From: Camelus dromedarius
Taxonomy: Eukaryota
DNA length: 64,000 nucleotides
Assembly: GCF_036321535.1 (NCBI RefSeq)
Contig: NC_087437.1
Coordinates: 25,918,001 to 25,982,000, forward strand
Direction: 5' to 3'
The notes under the pieces were generated by a model. The model had not been told where the DNA came from, made no database searches, and was given only the letters and a program-made list of their open reading frames with translations. This document shows positions 28,351-42,447 of this stretch, piece by piece; the stretch's first letter is position 1, and every line of letters starts with the position of its first letter. A program made the translations under genes and the position numbers.

Positions 28351-29865
28351 CAAATTTTTTTTTAAATTCCTTTTCATTGAATTAATATGTGGTTAGATAT
28401 TTACCAAGCAAGTATTGGATTGGATTTGGGCACCTACTGGAAATACAGAATATACACTCCCTGCCTATGAGGAACTTAAGAGCTAAGCAGGCTGTCGTCC
28501 TGCAGACGGCTCCCAAAGGTTATCTGACTGTTGTGGAAGGGTCAGTCTAAAAAAAGTACCTTTTATATTTGTCAGAGGAGGCCTTCCTTATGCTTCCTCT
28601 GCTAGAGGAAGTGAGGCATACCATTAAGTATGACAGGATATCCACAATTCTTTTCTAATAATTTTTTTTTTCTTTGTGGAGGAAATTGTCTGTCTCCTGG
28701 TGCATAATATTGAAAGATTTCACCATAACTTGATTTTCTCTCTTGTCCATATCTTGGTAGGTGGAAATTTTTCTAAGATTTAGAATTAAAGTAGACTTGG
28801 CCAAAGATTTATCAAACTTTCATTCCAGGGTAATTCAGACTGGTACATGTGGCTCCCCGATTTTTCTGTGAAATGTTCAAACTATCTTTTTGGCTCATTA
28901 CTGCCTCTTTCAGTCCCATACAGTACCTTTTCCCTTTGTAAAAGCCAAGTTTGTCTTTAACCTTTTTCCAACGTGTGTTGTCCCTTCACATTTGCTATTT
29001 GTTCTGCAGTTTTTAGTACGGCTTTTAGAACAGTCTCCCCTTTTTTTTTAGCCAAGCAAGTGATCATCTCCCTCTTCTCCTTCCAGGCTTATCATACAAA
29101 GGGGATCTCTTCACTGCCTCTGTGTGTGGGCTCAGCCTGTAGCAGCATCCTCGGAATGCCAGGCATTTGTACACACAGATCTCCAGAAGGCCTTCCTCAG
29201 AGTTCCCTCACTCTGGGTTATTTCTCTGAGCAGGACCATCGTTTGTGTGGTCTCCATGTGTGCTAAAGTTCTTTGAATTCTGCTTAAAGTTTTCTTTCTC
29301 ACCTTTGGCTCTTCACCTTGTTTAGCACCTCCTGGCTTTAGAGCCAGAGGTTTATCTGTCTGAGTCTTTGGCATTCTGGTGCTCTCAGTACCACTCTGTG
29401 TAATAAAGGGTCTCAATGGAAATCGTTTTTCATGTTAGGAGGCCTTTGTGTAAGACTGAGGAGCAGAAATTAAACTTTTCGTTGGCAGCCATGGTTGCTC
29501 TTCAGTGATTTTTAATTTTTGAAATATGTTGACTTCTATATTTTCTTCCATTTATATGTCCCCTTTTATGCCAGTTTTGAGGAGGAAACATAAGGAGTTT
29601 CCCCTCATTGGATTTGCCATTGCCAATTCCAACAGTTCTGAACTCAGAAGACCCAGGAAACACCGAAGCTTGCAGCTGTTATAGCAGGAATTTTACTCTT
29701 CATACAACACGTTTTGTCAGTGTTCAGTGTGCACCCATACAGGGGCTGTTTGTTTTTTTGTGTTTTCACTGTGTGCGTGCAGATGCATGTGCCTGTGGAG
29801 GAGGGAGTGTTCTTGTGGGGGTGGGCAGAGCAGGGAGTTTAGGGTCTATATTTTCCCTGGATCTT

Positions 29866-30207
29866 TGCTATGGTCTAAACGTTTGTGTGCCCCCAGATTT
29901 CTTGTGTTGAAAACCTGATGCCCAAAGTGATAGAGTTAGGTGGTGGGGCCTTTGGGAAATGATTTGGTCAGGAGGGTGGAGCCCTCATGAATGGGATTAG
30001 TGTCCTTATAAAGGAGGCCCAAGAGCTAGCCTGTCCTTCTGCCATGTTTAGATGTAATAAGTCTGCAACATGGAGAAGGACCCTCAGCCTACCATATTAG
30101 CACCCTGACCTCAGGTTAACAGTCTCCGGAGCTGTGAAAATAAGTCTTTTTCTTCATAAGCTACCCAGTCTGGTATTTTGTTACAGCAGCCCAAATGGAC
30201 TGAGACA
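29866..30207 (+). mobile_element. MLT1A-like MaLR solo LTR
   Basis: TG...CA termini (tgctatggtctaaac...gactgagaca), gggtggagccctcatgaatgggattagtg core, 5-bp TSD atctt/atcat. Confidence 0.8.
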
Positions 30208-30682
30208 ATCATTGGCAAATAATCAGTAATGCTTCCCCTCCCCCTAGAAGCACAGAAACACACTGTTTTGCCTGATTGACTATTTGAAATTATATTGGGT
30301 TATTTAGGGTTTGGGGAGCCTTTCTCCTGTACTAAATACTACCTAGAAAAAACCAGTAATACTTTCTATTAAGAAAGAGTAAATTTTAAAAGTGACTTGT
30401 TAAGTCACAACTACTCTCTTACACGGATCAGTTTTAAGGATGTTAATTAACAATGCATCAGATTGGTGTCAGTTTGCACTATTGGTGCTGCGTCAGTACC
30501 AGCTGTCAGAACAGAAGCAGAGTCCCGCACCATTTAGCAGTGAAAGAAAATTCCTGCTTGGAGGTAAAGAAGGAAGAAATCAGAACAGTAAGTTCACAAA
30601 TGGGAGAAGTCTATAGGCCAAGTAGCGCACCTTAATTATGTTCGTGATACACGCCTTCTGGAATTACTAACTGGATATTTAC

Positions 30683-30845
30683 CTGCATTTGGTAGAACGG
30701 TGTAAGTAGTTTCCATTCCAGCGTGAATGTGGTCAGTCACATGGCAGTGGAGTAACCAGGTTCCAGGTGTTCTTGGAGACATTTCTAAGGTTTGGTATGT
30801 CCCAGGGAAAACGTCAAAGACGTCAGAACTATAGATGCCCCTGTG
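30683..30845 (-). CDS. CP: Ceruloplasmin exon 18
   Basis: 163 nt; [54 protein letters not shown] (HCH...H...M multicopper oxidase signature). Confidence 0.95.
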
Positions 30846-31947
30846 CTTAATTAGAAAAACGACAAATAGTATATAATGTTTATTATGTGTGAGAGTTCAT
30901 TCAAATAATCTTTCATTGGCCAGCTCAGGGATATTAGAAAAATGAATAAACCCATTAAGAAAGAGAGCAGGGTAGAGAGAGACCCTCCACACTTCTACAT
31001 CTAATACAATGAGATGTGTGGTCTTTGCTAAATCTTGGCACTATGGGCCATTAAGGATGCATGAGGGAAAGATGGGATGAAAATGAATTCATCAATCAGG
31101 AACACCTGTTATCTCTTTCAATTTGACTCTGGTTTTCCTTTTTATCAGAGCACTTGGGTCACACAAGGGAATTTAGCTGTGGCCCCATTTCTTGCTGAGC
31201 CCATCCTAGATAAGCTGGTCTGTGAACTTGAGGGCAGGTAGGCAATGAAGAGAGCAGAAAAAGAGGCTGATGGAGAAGCCAAAGCCAGGGGCAATTCAGG
31301 TAGAGTCCCAACTAGACGGAGCACTCGGGAGATTTTTCTGCAGGGATGGCGTTGAAAGTCTGCTAAGAGGTAAACCAAAACACAGGTCATAAAATAGTCT
31401 TTTCTGCAGTGTGCTTCGTGGTAGCTTCTGAATTTTCTACATTAACTCAAAGGATAAGAAAAAAGCATTTCCAAGAGGGCTACTGATTCCTGCTGAAATC
31501 AGCACTGCGTGAGCAGTTGAAGTATGATTGAAATCCAGGGACCAATCAGTTGCTTGACACCAAACTGATGATCTTGCTCTCTTCAGGCCATTTAACATTC
31601 AGAACTTAGAACTGGCAAAGGTTATAATAAAGTCTAGTCTCTGTACTCTGACCCCTCATTACATGAACATTCCTGCTCTCTTTGCTGACGATTCCATTCC
31701 AATACTTTGCCCAAGAATATGTGGGCAGAACTCCCGGAAAGCCCAGTAAAAACTATAAATCCAAGGAAGAGCCCAGCGTGTAGCAAAGGATAGTGACAGC
31801 AGTTGGAGTTGCTGTGTGCCACACTCTTTGGAAATAGTTCTCTTGAAACCTTAAGCGTTTCCTAAGTCTCTCTGAGGAAATGTTCTCTTCATTTGTGTTA
31901 AAACATTTTCAAATAGAGCAGGGATAACAACGGTGGGTGGCCCTTAC

Positions 31948-32087
31948 CTGATATTGGAAGCTGTGGCCATGGAAATGTACTGAGTGCAAGTCTATTTCGT
32001 TGCCCATTCCCATCAGATACCAGTTGACTTCATCTCCCACGTGCATTGTGAGGCCTTGCAGGTTCCCAAACATTCTTCCATTAATAG
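31948..32087 (-). CDS. CP: Ceruloplasmin exon 17
   Basis: 140 nt; [47 protein letters not shown] (HxxHxH Cu motif). Confidence 0.95.
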
Positions 32088-32516
32088 CTGGGGGAAAACA
32101 TGATATTTTTTTATTACCTCTGGGATATTTTAAACCAACAGCTATTTCACAGGAAATACGATGATTAGGTTAGTGAATGGGATCTTTTTGAGATAATAGA
32201 ACTTATTTCACTACAGATATGGGAAATGGACACTTTAAGGTCAATAATATTACACTGCTTGTCTAGTCACTTAGCACCAAAAATCTTATTCCCAATTTTG
32301 AGTTTATTTAAAAGGGAATGAGACTTTGGCATTGGGAGAGAAGTTAATAGATGGTTTTAAACATAGTCCCCTTTTTGCTTTGAATAGAATTCTACCTCAC
32401 ATGCAAAGTCTGGCAGGATTGGTTTATTATAAAATGAAACAAAGGGGTAGTCTCCAAAGTGACTGTATTTGAAAGAAGAAAAGAGAAAAAATAGGTTTTA
32501 GAATAATGTATCATAC

Positions 32517-32733
32517 CATGCATTTTATTGCTTTCTATGAATTCATCATTGGCTTTGTCTACTTTCTCAGGGTGGTCAGAGTATGTTTTGATGTTGTCAT
32601 CTAAGTACCAAGATTCATTCTCATCAAAAACAAGAAACAGAAGGGAAAATTCCGGTTTCTTTATGGGATTGAATACTTTCAAGTAAGATTTCCGACAAAC
32701 AATCAGTGGACCAATTAATCCACTGTAGAGATC
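32517..32733 (-). CDS. CP: Ceruloplasmin exon 16
   Basis: 217 nt; [72 protein letters not shown]. Confidence 0.95.
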
Positions 32734-34226
32734 CTGAAAACAAGCAAAAACTTAGTCATCATTGTGATACGGGTCAGGATTTCAGAGAACTGGGACCTAA
32801 CCATCCATGACCTCAGGAATTTTGGAGGGACTGGTTTAGGTAGCAGACTTTACTCAGTGTGGTTCTGTCAAGCCAGTAACTTTCCACTTGAAGTAGTTAA
32901 ATTGGAACAATGGTGAGTAGTAGGTAAGTTGTTTGGTGATGCTGAAGTAACAAATGTGTGCAGAAGCCAAATATTGGCTCAGCTAATGAGCAGCAGTTGA
33001 GAAGAACTGCAAACAAACAGTGCTGGTTTGCCTATTCCATAAGCCGGGTGCTGTGCCTGTCACTAAAAATCCAGAGATGAATGAAACAAAGCCCTTGCCC
33101 TCCAGGAACTCAGTCTAGTAGGACAGAGGATTAGAAGAAATGAACCGCTTGCAACAATGGCGGTACGTCAAGTGCTAATGAACACAAGGGGAAGACCACA
33201 ATGGACTTAAATCTACGAGGAGTTTGATTTGGCTTGGCATCAGTAATGGCAGATTAGACCTTGAAGGGCCTTTGAGCTGTATTGTATTTAGGAATTTTTA
33301 GATTTTGTCTTGTGAGTCTTAAGTAGCCATTGAAAAACTGAACATGGAATGGAAGCCTTTCAGACCAGTGATCCTGGTGGTGGAGTGAAGGAAGGCTTGT
33401 ATGGGGAAGAGACTAGAGACTAGGAGGCCGGGCAGTAGTTAAGGGAAATTACTAGCATCTGATCTGTGGAGATAAAAGGAATGGACTGAGCTCTGTGTAG
33501 ATGGGTGAATCACCTGGGTGAGCCAGGGGTAAGAATTAGGTATTTTATATCCAGGGTTCTAGCTTGAACAAATGAATAGGTTTGGTACTTGTGCTATTTA
33601 CTGCAATTGGGAATACAGGAGGAAGTGGAGGAAGATCTCAGTTTCTGTTATAGAGTTGCTGGGTTTCCATGCCTGTGGGACAAGCTGGTAAGAGATGTTC
33701 TTCAGTAGGTGGATATATAGACAGGTCTGGAACTCAGAAGGGAGAATTGGACTAGAGACTGAATTCTACAAGAGTCTTGGTACATGTTCTGATTTATAGT
33801 CGTTGAGTGCTTTTTGACACTGAAACATTTTAATCAACCAGCAGGCTTTGCTGTGCTGTGATTGACTGCTGAGGTCACCATTTTTATTAGCATTTAATAA
33901 TAGAGATCTGAAATCATGTACCTCAGTTCTTCGATATCAAAAAGGAAATTAAATACTGTATTGATTAATATTTAATTCTGTGGCACCCATAATCAGCAGT
34001 CATAGAGTTGATACATTTAAAACTGTCTCTTTAAACAACCCCCCACACCAAAAAAAAAAAAAAAAAAAGAAAAAGAAAAAGAAAAGAAACCAAAGTGAAT
34101 TGCAGAGCATCTTACTTTCCTGTGATTTTAACATAGAATTGGACCACAGGAAAACTCTAACCTCACCTTCCTTCAATTGTGTGTCTATTTTGGGAATTTG
34201 CACCAAACAAATTATTTAAAGTTTAC

Positions 34227-34333
34227 CTTAACCCGATCCACAGTTGAATAGTAAGCCCATGGAATACAAGCAGAATCACCTATTCCAGCTCCAGATCTTT
34301 CTGGGATTTTCCATATGTAAGTGCGAATTTCAC
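34227..34333 (-). CDS. CP: Ceruloplasmin exon 15
   Basis: 107 nt; [36 protein letters not shown]. Confidence 0.94.
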
Positions 34334-35399
34334 CTAAATTAATCAAGTGTTAATAGATCTGGTTATATTTGGTATGATTTGATATATGTATATCAAATTG
34401 GTGTCAAAGCCTTGATAACCAATGACTCAGAAACTTAAAATGTCAAAGCAATTAGTTTTAAAAAGCAGTGGTACTCAAGGTCATTTTCAAGAATTTAGTT
34501 TTAAGATCAACAATAAGACACACTTTTGTATCTTCTTTGTCAATTATGAATTAACTAGCTATGCCACACAGGTCACATCACAAAGCCAGAAGGTGGCAAT
34601 TCCAGTATCACAATTCCAAGAAATTTTGCAACAGATCTTTTCTGAGTTTGAAGTCTGTTTCTCTAATAAACTTTTTTTCTTTTCAGGTCTCAAGTGATTT
34701 TCCCCCAGTGCCAACCATCTTCTCCATATCTGTGTATCTGGACTATCCTGCGTAATTCCTTAAACTTCCCTGTGGTCTTCCTTTTCTCCTTTTTCACCAT
34801 TACCCTCTGTGATTTCACGGTTCCTGGCAAGGAGCCATTAGACGTCTTAATCACTGACCTGTCACAGTGACCTCTCTTGCCTGTCCCATTCTGTCATACC
34901 ATATACTGTTCCGTCATAACTCTGTCACATTTAGGACACGACCACATCCTGGACCTCACACTTGGAAGGTGAACAGTTGCTCCGCCCTCCTCTCTTGCCA
35001 AGGTCTTTACCTCCTTCCATTTGCTCTGAGTTCCTCTCCAGCCTGATCTTTGCTGCCAGTCACCTCAGGGCTCGCTGTACAACTGCTCACAAGAACCACG
35101 GTCACTCTCCAATCCCGTTATGCAGACCTCACCATTACATATTCATGCTATCAGAGTTTCATTAGCTGGAATATGACAAATGTTTACTAGGGAATCAAGC
35201 AGGACATGAGGGATCATCTCAGAGGACATGCTAGACTTTTTCCTTTGTCCTCAAGTCCTCTATCTTACCTGCCCCTATGTCCTCAACCTTTTTCGTAAGC
35301 AGAACATTTCAATGGGAATGTAAAGCATAGATTCATCATCTGAACTTACTGCCTCTTCGTCTAGACTCTTAGTTTCCGAAGCCAAAAAAATAGCATTTT

Positions 35400-36180
35400 A
35401 TTCTTTTTTCCATTCCCTGCCCTAAACTACTCTGCTATCAGTGGTCGATGCCCAGAACCTTGGGCTTGTCCTTGACTCCTCCTTCCCTAACATTCTCTAA
35501 TGCCCAATCTCTCAGCAGATCCTTTAAGCACCACCTTTAAAATAGAACCAGAGTATGACAACTCCCCACTTCAGCTGCTTCCACCCCGGTCCAAGTCTTA
35601 CTAGTTTTTTACCCAGAGTATCGGGGTAGTCCCCTAACTGATCCTTGATTCTGCCCTTGTCCCCTACAGTCATTCACACACCAGACAGTACAGTCCTTTA
35701 AAAAGTGTTCATTGGATCATCACTCTCCAGCTCAGACGCTCATACGGGATTTTAGAATAAAAGATAAGGTTGTCACCATGGCCTCTAAGGTCCCCCAACT
35801 CCTGTAGCTTCTGGCTCCCTGCGCTCCCTGGATCTCATCTTCTCACACCCTGCCCCTGTTTGCTCTGCTCTGGCCTCTGGCCTCTGGCCTCCATGCCATT
35901 CCTCAGACACACCAAGTCCACTTCCATCTCGAGACCTAGAATGCTCTCTCCCTCTATAACCCCCTGTGGCTCATTACTTATCATTTAGGTGTCTTCACCC
36001 ATGGCACCTCCTCAGAGAAGCCCTCCAGACTAGCCCCCACTACCTAAAATAACACCCTTGTTACTTACTCTCGCTCATCTGCCTTAATCTTTTTCATTGC
36101 ACTTTTACAACTTGATACTATCTCTCTATTTATTTACTATTTATCTCAGACGAATATGAAAGTCATGTGGGCAGGGCTTT
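35400..36180. mobile_element. L2 LINE fragment
   Basis: Degenerate L2 motifs (cttgactcctccttccc; ggatcatcactctccagctcaga; cacctcctcagagaagccctcc); boundaries approximate. Confidence 0.5.
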
Positions 36181-36784
36181 TTATTTCTATTCCCCTAAAT
36201 TGACAAGACCAACTCTATAGAGCAATGTATTTTTTTTTTCACTTGATACTTTTGGGAACTGCTAAATTACTGAGAAATTAGTCCTTTACTAGAAGCCAAC
36301 TTTCCAACTAATTGGAGAAAAATACAGTTTTTATTAAAGAAAATACACACCTGTGTATTTAATCTATTTCAGTTTTTACTCTATTAATTAAAGAAACATT
36401 TATGGAGCGCTTAGTACATGCCAGATACTGGACTAGATTCAGGGGCCTTAGAATTCTGAGTGGCAGCCTCTGCCCTTAGGGTGCTGTCTTTGGATACAGT
36501 CATGGAAACGTTTAGCCACACGGTAAATTTATCTGGGATGTGTTCTAGCTGAGCCTGGGGTGATCATCTTTGCTGACTCAACCTTAAGTATGTAGAGGTG
36601 TCCAGGACCATGAGATATTTTCCTTACAGTTCTATGGATTGTTTTTTTTTTTGGTACGTGCATGTAGGCATACATCACACAGACACAACTCCCTGTGGGC
36701 CCTCTTAACCACCTCCTTCTTCACTTCCTCAAGGTGCACTCATTTGGATAACAGTTGTTTGTAAAAAGGCTGTAGACTCTATTA

Positions 36785-36973
<189 letters not shown>

Positions 36974-37999
36974 CTACCTGTCGGATTGGAAACTCTAACT
37001 CAGTAATAAAAGCAAAGATCAGGTGATTTTTTTTTATTGTTAAGGGGGTTGTCCCCCACCCCCAGGCTTCATGCTGTAAATCATTCTCGGATTAATACCT
37101 GGTCCCAAAGGATTCAGGATAAAAACACTAGTTATAGCTGTCTCTAAAGATGGAGACCATGGGTTCGTTTCTTATCAAGAGTCCTAGTGGAGGATTTGGC
37201 CTGAACGCTCCCTGCAGGACAGTGGCCTCATCATAGTACATCAGCTGTGCCCCTACGCTGGCCAGGACTCATTTCTCAACATCTGGACTTCCAGAGCTTC
37301 CTGTGAATTAAGGACAGTTTGAAAGGATGGGTGAGGCTACCCTTCCCATTTCTACCCTCTAGCCAATCTTAGCTTGTCTCCTGCCTGTGGGAGTTTCTAG
37401 GACCCAGCCCCAAGAATTTGGTTAGTGTAGAAACACAGTGGGGTTGGGAGTGGCTTCCTTGGCACTTGACTGCGTTCAAGGAAACTCCCAAGACCGCTGT
37501 TGGTGGAATTCTTAGACATTCTGTCTTAAAGTGATCCCTGAAAAATCGAAGGCAACTTTTCCCCAAAACTGTTCACTGTGACACTTTTCCCTTTTCCTTA
37601 TTTCCTTATTTACATGTACATTTCTTAGAGTTAATCATGTACATCTTAGCTTTAAAAGTAAATAGCTATGATTTTGTTTTTTGAAGTTGGGAATAACAAT
37701 TTGGTTAAGAATTTCAATAGAAAGTAATTTCTAGCACTTTCATCAAAACTACAGGCATCAATTTGATAAGTACCAAATATATACAACTTCATTAGTGTAT
37801 GGTGTAGAATATATTGTTACTGACAGAAATAAGTAATATTTGATGATGCCGTATTTTTAATAAATATGGCTTCTCATTTGATTGAATGACTGGTATTTTT
37901 ATTTGAGAATAACTTTAATCTATGAACCACGAAAATTAAACCCGTAGACTACACGTACGTCACTAACCCACATCTGAGGAACCGGAGCTGTGAGAGTAC

Positions 38000-38139
38000 C
38001 TAGAATTCCCAGATGTTCCTCTTCTGCTTTCCTCTCCACTGGAACGCTGAACGTGCTGTCAGTGTACTGCCGATACACGACTTTCTTGTACTTGGAGCCT
38101 ATGTAGTATTCTTCCTTATCTAAAAATGCATTCGGAACA
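38000..38139 (-). CDS. CP: Ceruloplasmin exon 13
   Basis: 140 nt; (N)[46 protein letters not shown]. Confidence 0.94.
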
Positions 38140-39431
38140 CTTGGAAACACACACACACAATTAAGGTTACTATTTGTCTTAAGGAGAGTGGACGTTAAGT
38201 TTTAAATTTTGAATAAAAATGTAGTTTTTATTTCATGATGCTAGGTTTTGATATCACTGTCCTATTCCAGCAGGAAAGAATAAGATTTTAACGATAGACA
38301 GGGGTGGTAGAGAGCGCACCCAGGTAGGAGCAGAGCCATTGAAGTCCTGGCCCTGACTCTGTTGCCAGCTAAAAAGACCCCCAGCTGGTCATTGCCTGTC
38401 AGAGCCTCAGTTTCTTCACCCCTAAAATGGGTTTTTTATGGCTCTAAAATGTTTTGATTCCATATTTCACCCATGAAGTGTTCTCTGGGTACTGCAGTAT
38501 TTCTGATCTATACGAACCCTTTTATCCAACCGCTCCTTTCACTGAAAGTTTTCATTGACTCCCAATGGCTCCGTATACTTTGGACAATTCTACCTGAATC
38601 ACTGAAATAACTTTTTACTCCCATTCATCACAAATCATACTCACCATCACAGTCAAACTAACCAGATAATCATCAGCTTAGCTAGAGGTTATCAGTCATG
38701 TTATGCACCCCAGATCTGAACACATGCCCACCCCGATCTCTCAAATCATATCCATGAAAGTTTAGGGCAAGACATGAGATGATGGAGCGGGGAGTATCTG
38801 GCAAAGTATAAAAGGGCTGGAAGTGTCAGGTGAGCTGCTCTGCATGGAATGTTTCTGAAGCTGCAATAACCATCCTTTCCTTACATTTATTCTCACTGAA
38901 ACCACACTTACATTTCCATGGTGTATACGTCATTGGTGGTTTTGAGCCGTATTTTCCTCTAAGTTCTTAGAGGGCAGAGACCATATCCGCTCTCGGGCCC
39001 TCAAGAATTTAAAATATTCTTCCGTACATAATAAGTAGTTTTAAGAACCTAAAATAACCTCTAGACTAATAATGAAATCTTTGGAAGAAAGATAAGCAAT
39101 AAATGGTTGGTAAAGAAAATTATTGTTTCAGAACTGAATGTAGCCATTCATTTTGCTATAAGTTTGAAAATCAATGACAAGATAAGGGCACACAAGTCAA
39201 AAAGAGTCCAATAAAAAAGAAAGTAAGATGAGTGACTGCAGAGAATCAATGAGATAAATGAAGCCTTTCCTGTGAGACAGTCCAGAGAGGCAGAAGTTAA
39301 TGAGGAAGGGTTCCTAGGAGGCGTTTTGTTACTGTTTTTGTAGCCGTTCATTGGAATTTAATGTAGCTTAATTCTTACTTCTCTGAAAAAGAAAGCTAGA
39401 AAAAATTGGGAATCTGAGTCTAGAGCATTAC

Positions 39432-39639
39432 TTCAGTTCTTGTAAATGGTGCAGCTCCTTTTCCCATTCCCTGCTTGGGGAATAATCCCACTCCACCTCC
39501 ACCGCTGCAATGTAGTAGGTCCTCTTCCCCAGGTAGAGGTATGAACTCTTAGACGGCCGTCGGCACTGGTTCACCATGTATTTTTGCTTCATGCCGCCTG
39601 TGTAGTGATCAGTCGTGAGGCACTCAATATCAAAAGTCC
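39432..39639 (-). CDS. CP: Ceruloplasmin exon 12
   Basis: 208 nt; [69 protein letters not shown] (domain-4 type-1 Cu Cys/His/Met). Confidence 0.94.
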
Positions 39640-39811
39640 CTGGAATGGTAAATAAGACAGGTTACCTCTTCAGAGTATTTTTCCCCATCTTCCCCCATCA
39701 GTCATCAGCCCTTTCTTCTGCTCTATTTTCATAGTACTTATAATCAACTGATATATATGTGTTAATATACTTGCTTGTTGTCTGTCTCCCTGCATTTGAA
39801 TTTCAGCTCCA

Positions 39812-39950
39812 TGGTAGGGAAGGCATAGCTCAGTGTACAGCGTGTAGCTTAGCATGCACAAGGTCCTGGGTTCATTCTCCAGTCGCTCCATTAAAATAAA
39901 TATATAAACAAACAAATCTGATACTTCCTCCCAAATATTAAAAAAAAATA
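39812..39950 (+). mobile_element. tRNA-derived SINE (Vic-1-like)
   Basis: gggaaggcatagctcagtg...gtcctgggttc...ctccattaaaataaa; TSD gaatttcagctcca/gaatttcacctcca (13 of 14). Confidence 0.8.
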
Positions 39951-40595
39951 GAATTTCACCTCCACAAAAGCAGACACTTCATCTCTTTTGTTCACTTTTC
40001 TGTATTTACATTTGTCTAATGAATAAGGGAAAAAGGGACACTGGACCTGTCTTGCGTTTCAGTGGCACATAATGAACCAAATAAAGCCTGAAGAAAGCAT
40101 ATTTTCATGTTTTGGTTAAAATCCTTTTTGGTTTTAGTTTGTTTTACTCATTCAGAACCAGTCCTGCAGGGGTCTCTGAACTGGCCTGGCTATAGTTCTA
40201 GTACAGAATATTCAATAGTAAGCAACCAATAAGTCCACACTACATCTAGGCTGCAGAGACATGACAAAAAGTTCAGACGCAGAGCCTTTACGGGAATCGT
40301 TCCCTTTCTAATCTGATTTGCCAGCTGTGTGTAAAGGATCCTAATTTAAAAGGAGACCGTTTTGAGGGTCTTGCTATGTGGAAATGGGAAAAACGTCAGT
40401 CCACTCTTGTCACTCCGTCCCCTCCTCCCAACAGACAGGAACTGGACGCGTCCAGCATGTACATAGCTGACAGCAAGGAAGGAAGGATACTGAGAGGCTT
40501 GGGGAAGGATGATCTTATCATCCAACGCAGAATTTTAAGCCAAAACCACACAAATCGATCCAACAGAGACGTGTCTTGATTTTAAAGGAATACAC

Positions 40596-40808
40596 CTTCA
40601 GTGTCAGGCTGCATGAGGAGTGTAAGGCTCGTTTGAGGGAAGAGGTTGGCTGTGTCTCTCATCCCGTCTCTTGACAGGTAAGTGTTTCCTGAAAAGTAGA
40701 TCCCGTGTACATCGGCCTCATTTCCAGCACTGAATAAATACCACACGACTGAATCTCCTTGGCACATATTGAGACCAGGCTGATTCCCGTACATGAATCC
40801 ATTCATGG
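40596..40808 (-). CDS. CP: Ceruloplasmin exon 11
   Basis: 213 nt; [44 protein letters not shown]...QPDTE. Confidence 0.95.
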
Positions 40809-41356
40809 CTGTAAAAGTTGGGAAATTATATTTTTAAAGTGGTTTATCTTACGTTCTACTTCATGACGGCCTCCCCTACTCTCCAGAGCCAGCTAGATTT
40901 ATTTAATTTTTAAAAGATCCATTCAGGCCTGCCCACCCCTTTATGTATCAAGAGTGTCTCTGCAACTCCTTGCTGTCCCCAGCCCTTCCAGAGCCGGCCC
41001 TGGCTGAAGGGCATGGAGCTGTATGCAGGCTCCTTGTTCTGTGCCCTGCACAACAAGCCACTTCTCAGTTCTCTCAAAGGTCCTATTTGTGAGCATCCAA
41101 ATGGATGAATAATAACAGCTCTTCCTGGGCACTGCAGACTGGGAATGTGTTCATTGCCCTAGATGGAAAATTCTCTGATTCATCTTGAATCACAAAGCAG
41201 AGTATATGTAGGAAGCTTTCTTTCTCTCACTGCTATTTCTAATAGATGATATTCATGACTCCTCCAAAATGCAAAAATGTAAAATCAAAAGGAATATTTA
41301 AAAAATTGTGGGTAATGTGACCAGTATGGATCCAATTAAAAAACATCAGTTTGTAG

Positions 41357-41469
41357 GGGAGGATATAGCTCAGTGGTAGAGTGTGCGCTTAGCATGCACG
41401 AGGTCCTGGGTTCCCTCCATTAAAATAAATAAATAATAAAACAAACCTAATTACTGCTGCTCCCCCCAA
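41357..41469 (+). mobile_element. tRNA-derived SINE (Vic-1-like) with an internal deletion
   Basis: gggaggatatagctcagtggtagagtg...; perfect 12-bp TSD atcagtttgtag (41345-41356 and 41470-41481). Confidence 0.85.
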
Positions 41470-41821
41470 ATCAGTTTGTAGTACAACTTTACTTTTTTTT
41501 CCCTTCTGGCCACAAAGATCTTCCCATGCTGTTCATTAGTGGTGTAAGCATTTTGAACAATTAGCTCACTGTCTCTGAATTCTAACTGCATTTTAGAATT
41601 ACACTGGGAGCTCAAAAGCAAATCCAATGCTAAGTTTGAATTAAATATAAAAATCTCCAGAGGTTGTCCTGAACACTTAAAAAACAGTTTAAATAGTTTT
41701 TAAAAACTCCCAGGGGGTTCTTATATGTAGTCAAGGGAGAGGCTCATTGAAGTTCATTGAGAGCAGAGGCCATAAAAGGAGCCTGTCATTATTAAGCCGC
41801 AGATGAAAAAAGCATCTAAAC

Positions 41822-42008
41822 CAGTAGCTCTCAAAATTTAAACATAAATCAGAATAACCTGGAGGATTTGCTACACAAAGATTTCTAGCCCCACACCCAA
41901 AGTTTCTGATTCAGTAGGTCAGAGCTGGGGGCCCAAGAACATGCATTTCTAACAAGTCCCTGGTGATGCTGGGTGTGCTGATCCAGGGACCACATTTTAA
42001 AGACCATG
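41822..42008 (+). mobile_element. MER5A hAT DNA transposon
   Basis: tttctgattcagtaggtc...tgcatttctaacaagtccctggtgatgctg...gggaccacatttt matches MER5A as recalled. Confidence 0.75.
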
Positions 42009-42165
42009 TATCTAACTGTATTTTTTATTTTGAATTAAGTGAAGTGAGGATTTAATTGACTGATGCATTAAGCAGTCAACAATATTACCCTCAGACCACT
42101 GTTATATTTAATCATTTATTGAAAATTAACCAATCAGCAAAGCTATTAGTATTTTGGTTTAATTA

Positions 42166-42447
<282 letters not shown>

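Noticed and set aside
30636..30682. Intron-18 retention isoform ending [15 protein letters not shown]
   Set aside because: The frame is open for 15 codons, but nothing in the sequence supports its use.
41357..41469. tRNA genes at the tagctcagtggtagag motifs
   Set aside because: They have A-rich tails, TSDs and copy-to-copy decay, so they are SINEs rather than tRNAs.
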